A stretch of 32,000 nt of DNA from Raphidiopsis brookii D9. GTDB taxonomy: Bacteria; Cyanobacteriota; Cyanobacteriia; Cyanobacteriales; Nostocaceae. The notes under the pieces are model-generated. The model was given only the letters and a program-made list of their open reading frames with translations, made no database searches and was not told where the DNA came from. Shown here one piece after another: positions 8,880 through 18,037 of the stretch (positions within the stretch are counted from its first letter, which is position 1; every line of letters starts with the position of its first letter). The DNA is taken from the NCBI GenBank assembly GCA_000175855.1, contig ACYB01000004.1:90001-122000 (forward strand). Reading direction: 5' to 3'. Both the position numbers and the translations under genes were made by a program.

Positions 8880-9227
8880 TCATGAAGAGAACAGGACAGA
8901 AGGGTCATGAAGATAATGAATCAGCAACCGCACAGAGTAACGCAACATATCTAAAGACTTGGAATAGCAGAAGGTTTTACGGTGCAATCGTGCCAGATAG
9001 TGACGTAACCGAGAGTTTTCTCCCTCAACTCGCGTCATGTAAGTCTTGCTAATAATCTGATCACCATCAGGGATAAAACTTGGATATACAGTCCATCCAT
9101 CAGTGACGTAGAAATGGCATTGCCATGCCACCACTATTGTCCATAATGGCTCAAAAGTCTCAGCACTATGATCACCTAAAGTCCAAGCTAGGATGCCCTT
9201 ACGGAAATGGTCTACTGCTGTCCACAC
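8880..9227 (-). CDS. insB: IS1-family transposase InsB-like catalytic frame (expressed as InsAB' fusion by -1 frameshift)
   Basis: The -1 frame across the A-run reads KKNKIWVWTAVDHFRKGILAWTLGDHS...YVTDGW..Y, the conserved IS1 InsB start and DDE-region pattern. Confidence 0.8.
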   Translation of the reverse strand: MWTAVDHFRKGILAWTLGDHSAETFEPLWTIVVAWQCHFYVTDGWTVYPSFIPDGDQIISKTYMTRVEGENSRLRHYLARLHRKTFCYSKSLDMLRYSVRLLIHYLHDPSVLFSS

Positions 9228-9571
9228 CCAAATCTTGTTTTTTTTGATCCGACAAATGTTTCCAGTTCATCCAATTCGCCAACATCGGGGATATTCTCTG
9301 GGGCGATTGCATCAGGTAACTTCTTGCCTTTTTGTTTAACCCAATCAATGACTGTGGTGTGATGTACTCCCATCACTCTTTCTATAGCCCTGAATCCCAT
9401 GCCATTGAGATACATCTTCAGGCAAGTTTGTTTGGTAGTTTCTGGGAATGCTTTGGTTTGTTCACTGGGATTTATAAACTGTCGTCCACATTCAGCGCAA
9501 ATGTGATTTTGTTTTCCTTTCTTAATACCATTTTTGCGTATGTGTTCTGATCCACACTTTGGACATTTCAT
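9212..9571 (-). CDS. insA: IS1-family transposase InsA-like (zinc finger + HTH) upstream frame
   Basis: CPKCGS...CAECGRQF zinc ribbon, HTH-like RAIERVMGVHHTTVIDWVKQ, and ELDELETFVGSKK leading into the frameshift site. Confidence 0.85.
   Translation of the reverse strand: MKCPKCGSEHIRKNGIKKGKQNHICAECGRQFINPSEQTKAFPETTKQTCLKMYLNGMGFRAIERVMGVHHTTVIDWVKQKGKKLPDAIAPENIPDVGELDELETFVGSKKTRFGCGQQ
9238..9245 (-). other. programmed -1 ribosomal frameshift slippery run (A8 on the coding strand)
   Basis: T8 on the plus strand equals TCAAAAAAAACAAG on the minus strand. Frame 0 ends 10 codons later (GSKKTRFGCGQQ*); frame -1 continues into InsB. This is analogous to the A6C site of E. coli IS1. Confidence 0.7.
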
Positions 9572-9608
9572 CTCTCTTGCTTGAACTCATACTTTATTAT
9601 GCAATGCC

Positions 9609-9955
9609 GAAAAAACAAATTGATTCACTCCCATAACGCTGCAGCAACGCAGGAGGTTGAGTGTATTGCGGGTGTTATTGGCATAGTAGTCCAGGGGATG
9701 GGCTACAGATTCTGGAACCACTAAACTAGCTGCAAAATGTAATACTGCACTAAATTTGTGTTGGCTAAATATTTGATAAAGTCTGTCTACATCTGCTAAA
9801 TCGCCAACCACTAGCTCCCCATGAAGTACTGACTCAGGAGTGCCAGTCGAGCAGTTATCATATACTACTATATCGTATCCCGATTCAGCTAACTGAAGCA
9901 CCACATGGGAACCAATGTAGCCTGCACCACCGGTAACTAAAATTTTTGTAGTCAT
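9609..9955 (-). pseudogene. galE: UDP-glucose 4-epimerase (GalE-type SDR), 3'-truncated by the IS1 insertion
   Basis: MTTKILVTGGAGYIGSHVVLQL...DNCSTG...FAA... is a classical extended-SDR GalE N-terminus. Homology stops at ~codon 115 (GVNQFVFS), exactly at the IS inverted repeat (9608). The catalytic YxxxK region is absent. Confidence 0.8.
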
Positions 9956-9963
9956 GCACCGCA

Positions 9964-11226
9964 CTAAGTAGCCGTTACACTTGAAGTCGAATAATCTTTT
10001 GAAGCAGGAATTACCCCAGAAGTAATAGGTAGCAGGCTACGATAGATATTTATCGTATGTTCATTGACCACGGATACCTGGAATTCGGACACTACTTTTC
10101 GTCGGGCTTCTCTTCCAAAACGGAAGGCCAGATCGGGTTGCTCGAGTAGCAAAGTAATAGCTAACTGCAGGGCGATGGCATCGTGTGGGGGAACTAGCAG
10201 ACCACTGCGCCCGTGGTCAACAACATCACGGCAACCAGGTACATTAGTGGTGATGATTGGGCGTTCCATAGCGGCAGCTTCGATTAGGGCGCGTGAAAGA
10301 CCTTCACGCCAAGAAGGTAGTACAACTAAGTCGCATTTTGCATATATCTTGCGCATATCACTTACATGTCCGAGACAATGGATACGGGGATCAGCACGTA
10401 GTTCTGCTAGATCATCCGTGGTGAGGGAGCTAGGATTGCCCCCATCAATGGCACCGGCGATAAGCAGTTCCAGGTTTGCTCCTTGTTTCCAAAGATTCCG
10501 GCATGCGGTTAGTAATTCATTTACGCCCTTTTCGGCAATCAGTCGTGAGGGAAAAAGCAACCGGACTGGGCTGTGAAAGCTTATAGGACAGGCAGGATTT
10601 TGATTTACTCCACTAGTAATGTCCCTGATTATTGCCGATGGGTTAAAGTAATTCACATCTACCCCTGAGCTACGTATCAGTTTCGTACGTCTGCTATCCA
10701 CAATACCCAAATGTGATAAATGGGACTGGTCTTCAGCGTTTTGAAAAATAATTGTAGCACGGCGAGACCTGAATATTAGTTTGTATATAGGTTTTAATGC
10801 AAATCGCAGCAAGCGGCTAATTTTACCAGTATTGATAAATACATGTCCAAGCCCAGTAATGGCATTAATCACATGGATGACACCGGATAACTTAGCAGCA
10901 ATAGTACCATAAAGACAAGCTTTAATAGTAAAATGATGCACTAATTTTGGATGCTCACGTTGGTAGATACGCATGAGATCTACTAAAGTATACAATTCGC
11001 GCAGTGGGTTAATCGACCGGCGGGCAACCTGCCATTGGTGGACTGTGAAGCCTTCAGTCTGAAGTAGATTTGTGTAGGCATCATGGGGTGCTACTGCGGT
11101 TACTAAATAGCCAGCATCCCGTAGATCTCGCATTAAAGGTAGGCGGAAATTATATAGGTACCAGCTAGTGTTGGCAACTAATAGAACTTTTGGGTTAGGC
11201 ATATTAGTGTTTATTAGCTTTGTCAC
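9964..11226 (-). CDS. glycosyltransferase family 4 (GT-B)
   Basis: N-terminus KVLLVANTSWYLYNFRLPLMRDLRDAGYLV and C-terminal EGLSRALIEAAAMERPIITTNVPGCRDVV (E-x7-E type motif). The ORF-track start at 11226 is GTG; a more likely ATG (MPNPKV) is at 11202. Confidence 0.85.
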   Translation of the reverse strand: MTKLINTNMPNPKVLLVANTSWYLYNFRLPLMRDLRDAGYLVTAVAPHDAYTNLLQTEGFTVHQWQVARRSINPLRELYTLVDLMRIYQREHPKLVHHFTIKACLYGTIAAKLSGVIHVINAITGLGHVFINTGKISRLLRFALKPIYKLIFRSRRATIIFQNAEDQSHLSHLGIVDSRRTKLIRSSGVDVNYFNPSAIIRDITSGVNQNPACPISFHSPVRLLFPSRLIAEKGVNELLTACRNLWKQGANLELLIAGAIDGGNPSSLTTDDLAELRADPRIHCLGHVSDMRKIYAKCDLVVLPSWREGLSRALIEAAAMERPIITTNVPGCRDVVDHGRSGLLVPPHDAIALQLAITLLLEQPDLAFRFGREARRKVVSEFQVSVVNEHTINIYRSLLPITSGVIPASKDYSTSSVTAT

Positions 11227-11363
11227 TCTGGTTGGACGGGGGAGAGAACATTGACTTCTCCCCGCGCTTTAGCGACGGGGATTCATTAGAATCTTGCTTG
11301 GACAGAGACTTCTTACTCGAAGCCTGCCACAAGCGTACTCTAATTGGCGCAGTCAAAGACGCC

Positions 11364-11769
11364 TTACTGACTCCATCTAGAACTGCCGGGATATCTCTCT
11401 ACAAAAGCCATCAACTGACCAATTTGATACGCTGCTTCTCGCATGGCAAAGAGTATCTCGTCAGACCAACGTTCGACCCAAAACTGGTCGTACTTTAAGG
11501 ATTTAAAATCATTTGGAAAAAGAGAAGGCCAGTAGCGATGTAAAGATGAAGCTACGTGATTTGTAAAGAAAAACGAAATATCTGGTCTATTTTGATATAA
11601 TGCGCGCAAGTATATATCAAATGCAATCTGTACCTGAGCTGTTCGGCGTCGAACAAGACGGTCCTTATTGACCCGCTCATTTGCAATTTGCAATGCAAGA
11701 CTTACAACAGTTCGTCTACTAACACCCAAACTATAAGCATTTAGCAAAAACCGGGTGGACTCTCTGAGT
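11364..11769 (-). pseudogene. 5'-truncated fragment of an unknown gene, cut by an IS1-like end
   Basis: The reading frame of the 127-aa ORF (contains FFFTNHVASSLHRYWP) stays open upstream until it runs into the IS terminus at 11770. The track start is an internal TTG. I cannot assign a family. Confidence 0.35.
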
Positions 11770-12214
11770 GGGGCATTGCACCTGCACGGGATGATGTATA
11801 ATAAGGGGAAGAATTTTTAGCAGGCGATCGCCGCGAGGAAGAAATCAAGATGAACTGTCCAAACTGTGATTCCAATAATATCAGAAAAAATGGACAGAGA
11901 AGGGGAAAACAAAATTATCAATGCAAGAATTGTGGTCGTCAATTTATTGAATCTTATTCTCCTAGAGGTTATTCCCAAGAAGTGAAGGAAGCATGTTTAA
12001 CCATGTATGTAAATGGGAATGGATTTAGGGCAATTGAAAGAATGACTAAAGTAAATCACAATACAGTCATTCGTTGGGTTAAAAAGCTAGGTCATCAGTT
12101 ACCGGATACTAATAATAATTCCCAAACACCTGAAGTGGCGTTGCATTTGCACGGGATGATGTGTAATAAGGGTAGGAGAAAGTCTCAAATTATTTCGCAA
12201 AGACGCAACGCCCC
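11770..12214 (+). mobile_element. IS1-family deletion derivative: left end + truncated insA + nested 79-bp mini-element
   Basis: The left end GGGGCATTGCACCTGCACGGGATGATGTATAATAAGG starts at 11770. insA is cut at 12135, followed by a second, ~86% similar left-end copy (12138-12172). The element closes with ...GCAAAGACGCAACGCCCC at 12214, the inverted complement of GGGGCGTTGC. Confidence 0.7.
11850..12135 (+). pseudogene. insA: truncated IS1-family insA
   Basis: MNCPNCDSNNIRKNGQRRGKQNYQCKNCGRQF...FRAIERMTKVNHNTVIRWVKKLG aligns with the InsA at 9212-9571 up to ...SQTPEV. After that the ORF (to 12230) reads through IS-end DNA. No insB frame follows. Confidence 0.75.
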
Positions 12215-13507
12215 CTATAAGCTCCAATAAGTAATTGGATGAGGAATGTCTGCTGGGTCTAGAACTGACTTAACATCCACAAGTACGCCATTTTCCTTCA
12301 GACAACCTATTAGATCTTTCAGAGATAGGTCAAGGTAGAATTGATGGTTTACCCCTAAAATAAGTCCATCTAGGTTAGATAACTCCTCCCATGTCACTAA
12401 TTCAACTTCGTACTCTCTCCGTGCCTCTTGCACATCAGCCAAGGGATCATGAACTAGTGGATTAATGCCGAACTCCCGCAACTCCTTGACGATATCCGGT
12501 ATACGACTATTCCTCAAATCGGGAACGTTCTCCTTAAACGTTAACCCTAAAATGCCAATGCGACTATTCTGGATTGGTATTTTCGCTTGTGCAAGCAGTT
12601 TTAACAAACGCTGGGCTATGTATCTGCCCATGCTATCATTTATCCGCCGCCCCGCTAAAATTACTTGCGGGTGGTAACCTAATACTTCAGCCTTGGTGGT
12701 CAAGTAATAGGGATCAACTCCTATACAATGACCTCCAACTAAACCGGGAGTAAAGGGGAGAAAATTCCATTTGGTTCTGGCAGCTTGAATAACGTCGTGT
12801 GTTCGAATACCCATGCGATCGCATATTAAAGCTAGTTCGTTCATGAAAGCAATGTTTAAGTCACGTTGAGTATTTTCAATTACTTTAGCCATTTCAGCTA
12901 CTTTAATTGAAGGAGCGCGATGAACACCTGCGATAATGATTTGACTATAAACTGCAGCAACACGTTCTAGTGTATTTTGATCTTCTCCTGCTACTACTTT
13001 AGTAATTTTGTCGAGGGTGTGGAGTTTATCACCGGGGTTAATTCTTTCGGGAGAATAACCCAGTTTGAAGTCCACCCCCTGTTGCAAACCTGAAATTTGG
13101 GCGATGACTGGTCCGCAAATTTCCTCGGTCACCCCAGGATAAACTGTAGACTCATAAACTACCACAGAACCTGGCTGAATGACTTTACCAATAGTTTGGG
13201 AAGCTTTAATTAAGGGAGTAAGATTAGGCTGATGGTTTTCATCTATGGGGGTGGGAACACAGATAATGAAAAAGTTCCTATCTTCCAGAGACTTCGAGTT
13301 ATCAGTGAAATGTAGAGATGTTTGGGTAAGTCTATCTCTTTCAACCTCTTTTGTGGAGTCGATTCCTGCCATAAGATCATCGAGGCGCTGACGGTTGATA
13401 TCAAAACCTACCACATCAGAAAATTTTTCACTCAGGGCTAAGGCCACGGGAAGTCCTACATAACCTAGTCCTAATACCGCAATACGATAATTGTTATCCA
13501 AATTCAT
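12215..13507 (-). CDS. nucleotide-sugar 6-dehydrogenase, TviB/WbpO/CapL-like (UDP-N-acetylhexosamine dehydrogenase type)
   Basis: N-terminal Rossmann IAVLGLGYVGLPVALALSEKF.DVVGFDIN, catalytic-Cys motif GGHCIGVDPYYL, 430 aa. The stop codon lies directly against the IS end at 12214. Confidence 0.88.
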   Translation of the reverse strand: MNLDNNYRIAVLGLGYVGLPVALALSEKFSDVVGFDINRQRLDDLMAGIDSTKEVERDRLTQTSLHFTDNSKSLEDRNFFIICVPTPIDENHQPNLTPLIKASQTIGKVIQPGSVVVYESTVYPGVTEEICGPVIAQISGLQQGVDFKLGYSPERINPGDKLHTLDKITKVVAGEDQNTLERVAAVYSQIIIAGVHRAPSIKVAEMAKVIENTQRDLNIAFMNELALICDRMGIRTHDVIQAARTKWNFLPFTPGLVGGHCIGVDPYYLTTKAEVLGYHPQVILAGRRINDSMGRYIAQRLLKLLAQAKIPIQNSRIGILGLTFKENVPDLRNSRIPDIVKELREFGINPLVHDPLADVQEARREYEVELVTWEELSNLDGLILGVNHQFYLDLSLKDLIGCLKENGVLVDVKSVLDPADIPHPITYWSL

Positions 13508-13545
13508 AAAAATATAACGTTTAGACTCTATTCAGATACTTCTAT

Positions 13546-15471
13546 TCAAATACCGTCATACCACATTTGAAATACAAGTATATTCCATAAATAATGTTGC
13601 CAATTCCGACCCCCGGATAAATGCTCTTCCCACTTTTGGCGAATAGTTTTGGTGTGAAAAAAACCGTCTTGACTCAAACGATGGGAGCTTAATAAGTCCT
13701 CAGCCCAATCTCGTAAATCATTACGTAGCCAACTTTCTAGCGGAACTCCAAAACCAGTCTTAGGCCACTCAATTAAATGGGGAGGGACGTACTTATAAAG
13801 AACCTGACGAAGAATCCACTTGGTTTTATCCCCACGGATTTTCCACTCTAAGGGTAGTGTGCTAGAAAATTCTACCACTCGATGATCTAAAAAGGGAACA
13901 CGAGTTTCCAAGCTTGCTCCCATGGCTGCTCTGTCTACTTTGGTCAATATATCTCCCGGTAAGTAGCTAGTAGCATCCATAGCCATCATCCATTCTGGAT
14001 ATGCCAGAAACTCATCTGAGAACACAGGGTTTGTACTTATATCAACAGCACCTATAACTACATCTATGTCATCATAAGAGCACAGTTTCCGGTATAGATC
14101 AGCTTGATTTTTAAAGGACAGTACTCGTGCCAGTTTATGAATTTTGTCACCAGGCAGTCTTTGTTTGAGGTTGTTGGGTAAAAAGGTACTGAGTTTATGA
14201 AACAAACTATCATAAGTGTCAGTGGAAACACTGGTCATGACACTAGCGCTTATTTTTCTAATGGTCTCGGGCAGCCAGCCCATGCGCTCTGAAATTAGAC
14301 TAGCCCAGACGTAACGGTTATAGCCACCAAATAACTCATCTCCACCATCACCGGACAAGCTAACAGTAACTTGTTGGCGAGCTAGTTGGGAGAGGAGGAA
14401 GGTAGGAATTTGGGAGGAATCAGAAAAGGGCTCATCGTAGAGAATCGGCAACTTAGGTATAACAGACTGGGTTTCCTTTGTAGTAACATACAACTCGGTG
14501 TGATCTGTCCCCAGATGTTCGGCTACGGCTTTGGCCTTATTTGCTTCGTTGTAAGCAGACTCATTAAATCCAATAGTAAAAGTTTTTACAGGTTGGCTAC
14601 TTTGGGACTGCATTAAAGCTACAACCGTAGAAGAGTCTATACCGCCCGATAAAAAAGCTCCTAAAGGGACATCTGCAAGCATCTGTCCTTTTATAGACTC
14701 TTTGAGTAAACTATCTAATTCGTTAATGGCTGCTACTTTATCGCCATGAAATGGTTGGGCTTTTCCCCGCTCTACTGCTGATAAAAAAGACCAATAGGGT
14801 TGAGGTTTAGGTTTATCCCTTGGGGAAGTCAGTATCAGAAGGTTTCCTGGTAGGAGTTTGTGTATACCTACATAAATGCAATGGGGATCAGGAATGTAGT
14901 TGTACCGCAAGAACAGAGTCAGAACATTACGGTCAATTTCGCCCTCCCAATGGGGATGAACTGTGAGAGATTTTAGTTCCGATCCGAAGAGAAAAGTAGG
15001 GCCCATCCACCCATAGTACAGGGGGTTTTCACCCAATCTATCTCGTCCCAGCGTTAAAGTTTGCTCTTGTCTATCCCAAACGGCAAAAGCGAACATACCC
15101 ACAAATTTTTCTACAGCTCGTCGAACTCCCCATTCACAGAATGCTGCTAACATAACCTCTGTATCAGAGTTACCTTTAAAGGTGTGATACAGAGCGATTA
15201 GTTGTTGGCGCAGGTCTGAAAAGTTATAAATCTCACCGTTGAACACCAAAACATAACGACCATTAGCTGACTGCATGGGTTGGTGCCCTTGTGGAGAAAG
15301 ATCAACTATAGACAAGCGGCGATGTCCTAAAGCTAGACCTGCCGATTTATCGATCCACGTTCCCCCATCATCGGGTCCACGGTGGTGGAGTGTGGTAGAC
15401 ATTTGTTGGACAATCGCTCCCATGTCCTCGATATTAATTGAGCCACTCCAATATCCTGTAATACCACACAT
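13546..15471 (-). CDS. asnB: asparagine synthase (glutamine-hydrolysing) family amidotransferase
   Basis: MCGI N-terminal nucleophile Cys2 and the PP-loop SGGIDSS; 641 aa. Confidence 0.9.
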   Translation of the reverse strand: MCGITGYWSGSINIEDMGAIVQQMSTTLHHRGPDDGGTWIDKSAGLALGHRRLSIVDLSPQGHQPMQSANGRYVLVFNGEIYNFSDLRQQLIALYHTFKGNSDTEVMLAAFCEWGVRRAVEKFVGMFAFAVWDRQEQTLTLGRDRLGENPLYYGWMGPTFLFGSELKSLTVHPHWEGEIDRNVLTLFLRYNYIPDPHCIYVGIHKLLPGNLLILTSPRDKPKPQPYWSFLSAVERGKAQPFHGDKVAAINELDSLLKESIKGQMLADVPLGAFLSGGIDSSTVVALMQSQSSQPVKTFTIGFNESAYNEANKAKAVAEHLGTDHTELYVTTKETQSVIPKLPILYDEPFSDSSQIPTFLLSQLARQQVTVSLSGDGGDELFGGYNRYVWASLISERMGWLPETIRKISASVMTSVSTDTYDSLFHKLSTFLPNNLKQRLPGDKIHKLARVLSFKNQADLYRKLCSYDDIDVVIGAVDISTNPVFSDEFLAYPEWMMAMDATSYLPGDILTKVDRAAMGASLETRVPFLDHRVVEFSSTLPLEWKIRGDKTKWILRQVLYKYVPPHLIEWPKTGFGVPLESWLRNDLRDWAEDLLSSHRLSQDGFFHTKTIRQKWEEHLSGGRNWQHYLWNILVFQMWYDGI

Positions 15472-15568
15472 GTAAAAACTTCGCTCCGATGAGATCCTAT
15501 CAAAAAATGAGCCTAGCTACCTTAACAAATCTATAAAATCTAGGCAAAGATCTAGTTTTAGAAAAAGT

Positions 15569-16438
15569 TTATTGTTTATAACCCAACGCACACCAGTATG
15601 GTGAAGAATTGCTGAAGCTTATTTTCTCTAATCCAGAATTTTCTAGCATGGTTTGAATTTCAAGACGTGAGAAACGTTTTTCTAATCTTGTTCCAAATCT
15701 ATCCAAGGCATCATTACGCAGTACGTAAAAGGTTCTATGACGATAGGCAGACAGTGGTATTAGTTTTACATCAACACCTATTTTTTCTAGCAGAAGGGAT
15801 AACCTGCTCATTGGCCAGTAAACTAACAAAGCTATGATTTGACTGAACCAATATTTGGGAGCATTTGGCAAATCAGAAATAAAACTCCTTGCGATTTCCG
15901 TAGTTTTCCAGACTTTCCGATACCACCATGGTCGATTATCAAATGAGTAGTACAGATAAATTAAAAATGGAGCGTTTTTCTTCAACTTCATTACGCATGC
16001 ACGTATACCACTTTGAGTGTCTGGAATATGATGCAGAACACCTAACGAGTAACCAAAATCAGCCGATTCATTTTCGAGGGGAATTTCATCGACACCAGCT
16101 AAATGAAATACACAATTTTGAAATCCGGCGAGGTTTTTCCGAGCGACGTTTAAAGCCTTAGTGCTAGGGTCAATTAAATGTAATTTACCGACATTGGGGG
16201 CAACTAACTTAGCCCAACGTCCACTACCGCAACCTAAATCAAATCCCACAGCATCACCCGCTAACTTTTCCCACGGGAAAATTCTAAAATAATCACTAAA
16301 CATTTCCTGAAGTTCAGTGTCAGACAAGTTGGAATAATCAAAACGACTCCACTCATTGCCAAATCCCTCGACCACTTCAAGATCAATATTAGTTTGAAAT
16401 GGATCTTCCACTGTGTCAGAATTCTCACTTAAGATCAT
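15569..16438 (-). CDS. class I SAM-dependent methyltransferase
   Basis: Motif I AVGFDLGCGSGRWAKLVAP and post-I HLIDPS, followed by ADFGYSLGVLHHIPD. Confidence 0.8.
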   Translation of the reverse strand: MILSENSDTVEDPFQTNIDLEVVEGFGNEWSRFDYSNLSDTELQEMFSDYFRIFPWEKLAGDAVGFDLGCGSGRWAKLVAPNVGKLHLIDPSTKALNVARKNLAGFQNCVFHLAGVDEIPLENESADFGYSLGVLHHIPDTQSGIRACVMKLKKNAPFLIYLYYSFDNRPWWYRKVWKTTEIARSFISDLPNAPKYWFSQIIALLVYWPMSRLSLLLEKIGVDVKLIPLSAYRHRTFYVLRNDALDRFGTRLEKRFSRLEIQTMLENSGLEKISFSNSSPYWCALGYKQ

Positions 16439-17639
16439 AACTTTTATTCGGCGAAAGGACTAAAGAAGCAAACAGTACCTGTCCAGTAAGAGAAAAAATC
16501 GTACCGTAGTGGAGAGAAGAAAAACTCAAGGCTAGAAAATAAGGCCTGTATTTTCTACCACATTGGTTCCATGCCGTGAAGAAAACCAGCATGGCTAAAA
16601 TAATCCCAAAATTATCTATCATTGAAAGCACTAAGAAGTCACCACCGTAAATAAATCCGGTCTCGTATGGTGATCCTAAAACAAGATCATATACGTTATT
16701 AACCCGATCAAAAAATTGGTTGAGTTTTAAATCAAAGATAAAACTTAAGTAGTTGCTGTCTAGCTTCGAAAAATAAATGCCTCCTAAAGAAAATGATGCA
16801 AAGGCGATTAAAGAGAGAGTTAAGAGTATTTTTACATATTTACTCCTAAGTATGAACAGATATGGTGATAATCTGAGAAATAGTAGAAAACCTGTAGTAA
16901 TAAAACCTGTAGCAGAACCAGAGTACAAAAGAGTCACTCCACTAAGAATAGATAATAAAAGTATCTCTCTTTTCTTACTTCGTAATTCGAACTTGCCGAA
17001 AATAAGATCAGGGTCTAATAGCAGCATCAGGGTTAAAACACCTGCGTAAGTTCCATTGATAGAGGAGTTGATAAATGGACCAAGAAGCCTCAAATTACCG
17101 TACGTAAATTCTGCACGAGAAAAGGACTCAATATCAGAATTTGACAGGTAACTCTTAATATAAGGGGGCTGATCATTCAGAAAAATTAGAAAACAAAGTT
17201 CAATCAAAGACCAAGCTATAAACGAATAAGAGAAGTAGCGAAGTTTTACTGTGGAATTGGCGAAAAAGAAACTAATCAAAAGAAAACCTGTAAAAAATCG
17301 AATTAGATTCAGGACATCACCTGAAGGAAAATCTCTAAGGTTTAAAGACAGCGCCGCCAAGGAAATAAGAGCTAGAGGTGCTACAGTGTATTTGTAGCTT
17401 AATAATTTTATTCTCTTTGAAAACACGAGAGAAATTACAATAACTAAAGGGTAGCAAACAACCTGCATCCCCAATTGTTGGCAGCCAACTATCAGAAAAC
17501 ATAGGGAGAATTGGGCCAATCCCTGTAATACGTTTAAACGTTGGTTTATAGGAGAGGCATCCAATAAGTTAGTAGAAAGGACGTTGACATGACTAGATAA
17601 ACTTGGATTTTGGTTTTTAGTCATAAAAAGGCATTGCAT
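16425..17639 (-). CDS. polytopic membrane protein, O-antigen polymerase (Wzy)/ligase-like
   Basis: 404 aa with about 10 hydrophobic segments, very AT-rich. It overlaps the downstream methyltransferase gene by 14 nt and sits in a glycan cluster. No diagnostic motif was verified. Confidence 0.45.
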   Translation of the reverse strand: MQCLFMTKNQNPSLSSHVNVLSTNLLDASPINQRLNVLQGLAQFSLCFLIVGCQQLGMQVVCYPLVIVISLVFSKRIKLLSYKYTVAPLALISLAALSLNLRDFPSGDVLNLIRFFTGFLLISFFFANSTVKLRYFSYSFIAWSLIELCFLIFLNDQPPYIKSYLSNSDIESFSRAEFTYGNLRLLGPFINSSINGTYAGVLTLMLLLDPDLIFGKFELRSKKREILLLSILSGVTLLYSGSATGFITTGFLLFLRLSPYLFILRSKYVKILLTLSLIAFASFSLGGIYFSKLDSNYLSFIFDLKLNQFFDRVNNVYDLVLGSPYETGFIYGGDFLVLSMIDNFGIILAMLVFFTAWNQCGRKYRPYFLALSFSSLHYGTIFSLTGQVLFASLVLSPNKSYDLK

Positions 17640-17880
17640 TCGCGCGACAGCTTATAACAAGCGAAGCAGAAGTGTTGAATGTTAAGAAATCTGTGATAAA
17701 AACAGCCCAAAATATATTAAAATTTGAGCAAGCTATATCAAAATATAGATTTGATCATGATTATAAATTCATTTCCCAAGATTGTCAAAGACATCCTCAA
17801 ATCCTTGCCAAAAAATGATTATCCGGTTTTGAACACCCGTCTTTACGTTTTAAGAATAATTGGAAACTAGGATTTGAAGC

Positions 17881-17943
17881 GGCGATCGCCTGCTAAAAAT
17901 TCTTCCTCTTATTATACATCATCCCGTGCAGGTGCAACGCCCC
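17881..17943 (-). repeat. solo IS1-family left end (63 bp), inverted relative to 11770-11832
   Basis: The reverse complement of 17881-17943 matches 11770-11832 at 61 of 63 positions by hand alignment. The copy stops at a HIP1 site (GGCGATCGCC), and no transposase sequence is attached. Confidence 0.75.
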
Positions 17944-18037
17944 AAACTTACTTCTCTCGGTCGTATTAACAATGGTTCTACAGCCGTTTTACCCTCGTAA
18001 TTTGGCTAAGGTATTGTAAATATACTGGGTTTCCTCC

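Larger units (their letters stand above)
8857..9608 (-). mobile_element. IS1-family insertion sequence (752 bp), apparently intact
   Basis: Imperfect 22-bp terminal inverted repeats: GGCGTTGCAGGATAAAGTATGA (8857-8878) versus the reverse complement of 9587-9608, GGCATTGCATAATAAAGTATGA. They enclose insA and insB frames joined by an A8 slippery run. The size is close to the 768 bp of classical IS1. Confidence 0.85.

Noticed and set aside
10064-10576. 170-aa plus-strand ORF inside the GT4 gene
   Set aside because: It coincides exactly with the G+C-rich stretch, where stop codons are rare. The translation is R/S/P-rich with no motif, while the opposite strand encodes conserved GT4 motifs.
11237-11264. 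Hairpin GGGGAGA-N11-TCTCCCC as a terminator between the 11364 fragment and the GT4 gene
   Set aside because: The 7-bp stem is real, but no U tract follows it on either strand, and it lies within a probable operon. That is not enough to call a terminator.
11220-11498. 92-aa plus-strand ORF between the GT4 gene and the truncated fragment
   Set aside because: It overlaps the minus-strand fragment and the GT4 start region and has no recognisable motif or ribosome-binding context, so it is probably spurious.
17757-17870. 37-codon plus-strand ORF (MIINSFPKIVKDILKSLPKNDYPVLNTRLYVLRIIGN*) ending 10 bp before the solo IS end
   Set aside because: It might be the start of a gene destroyed by the IS event. 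It is too short and has no recognisable motif, so it cannot be supported.
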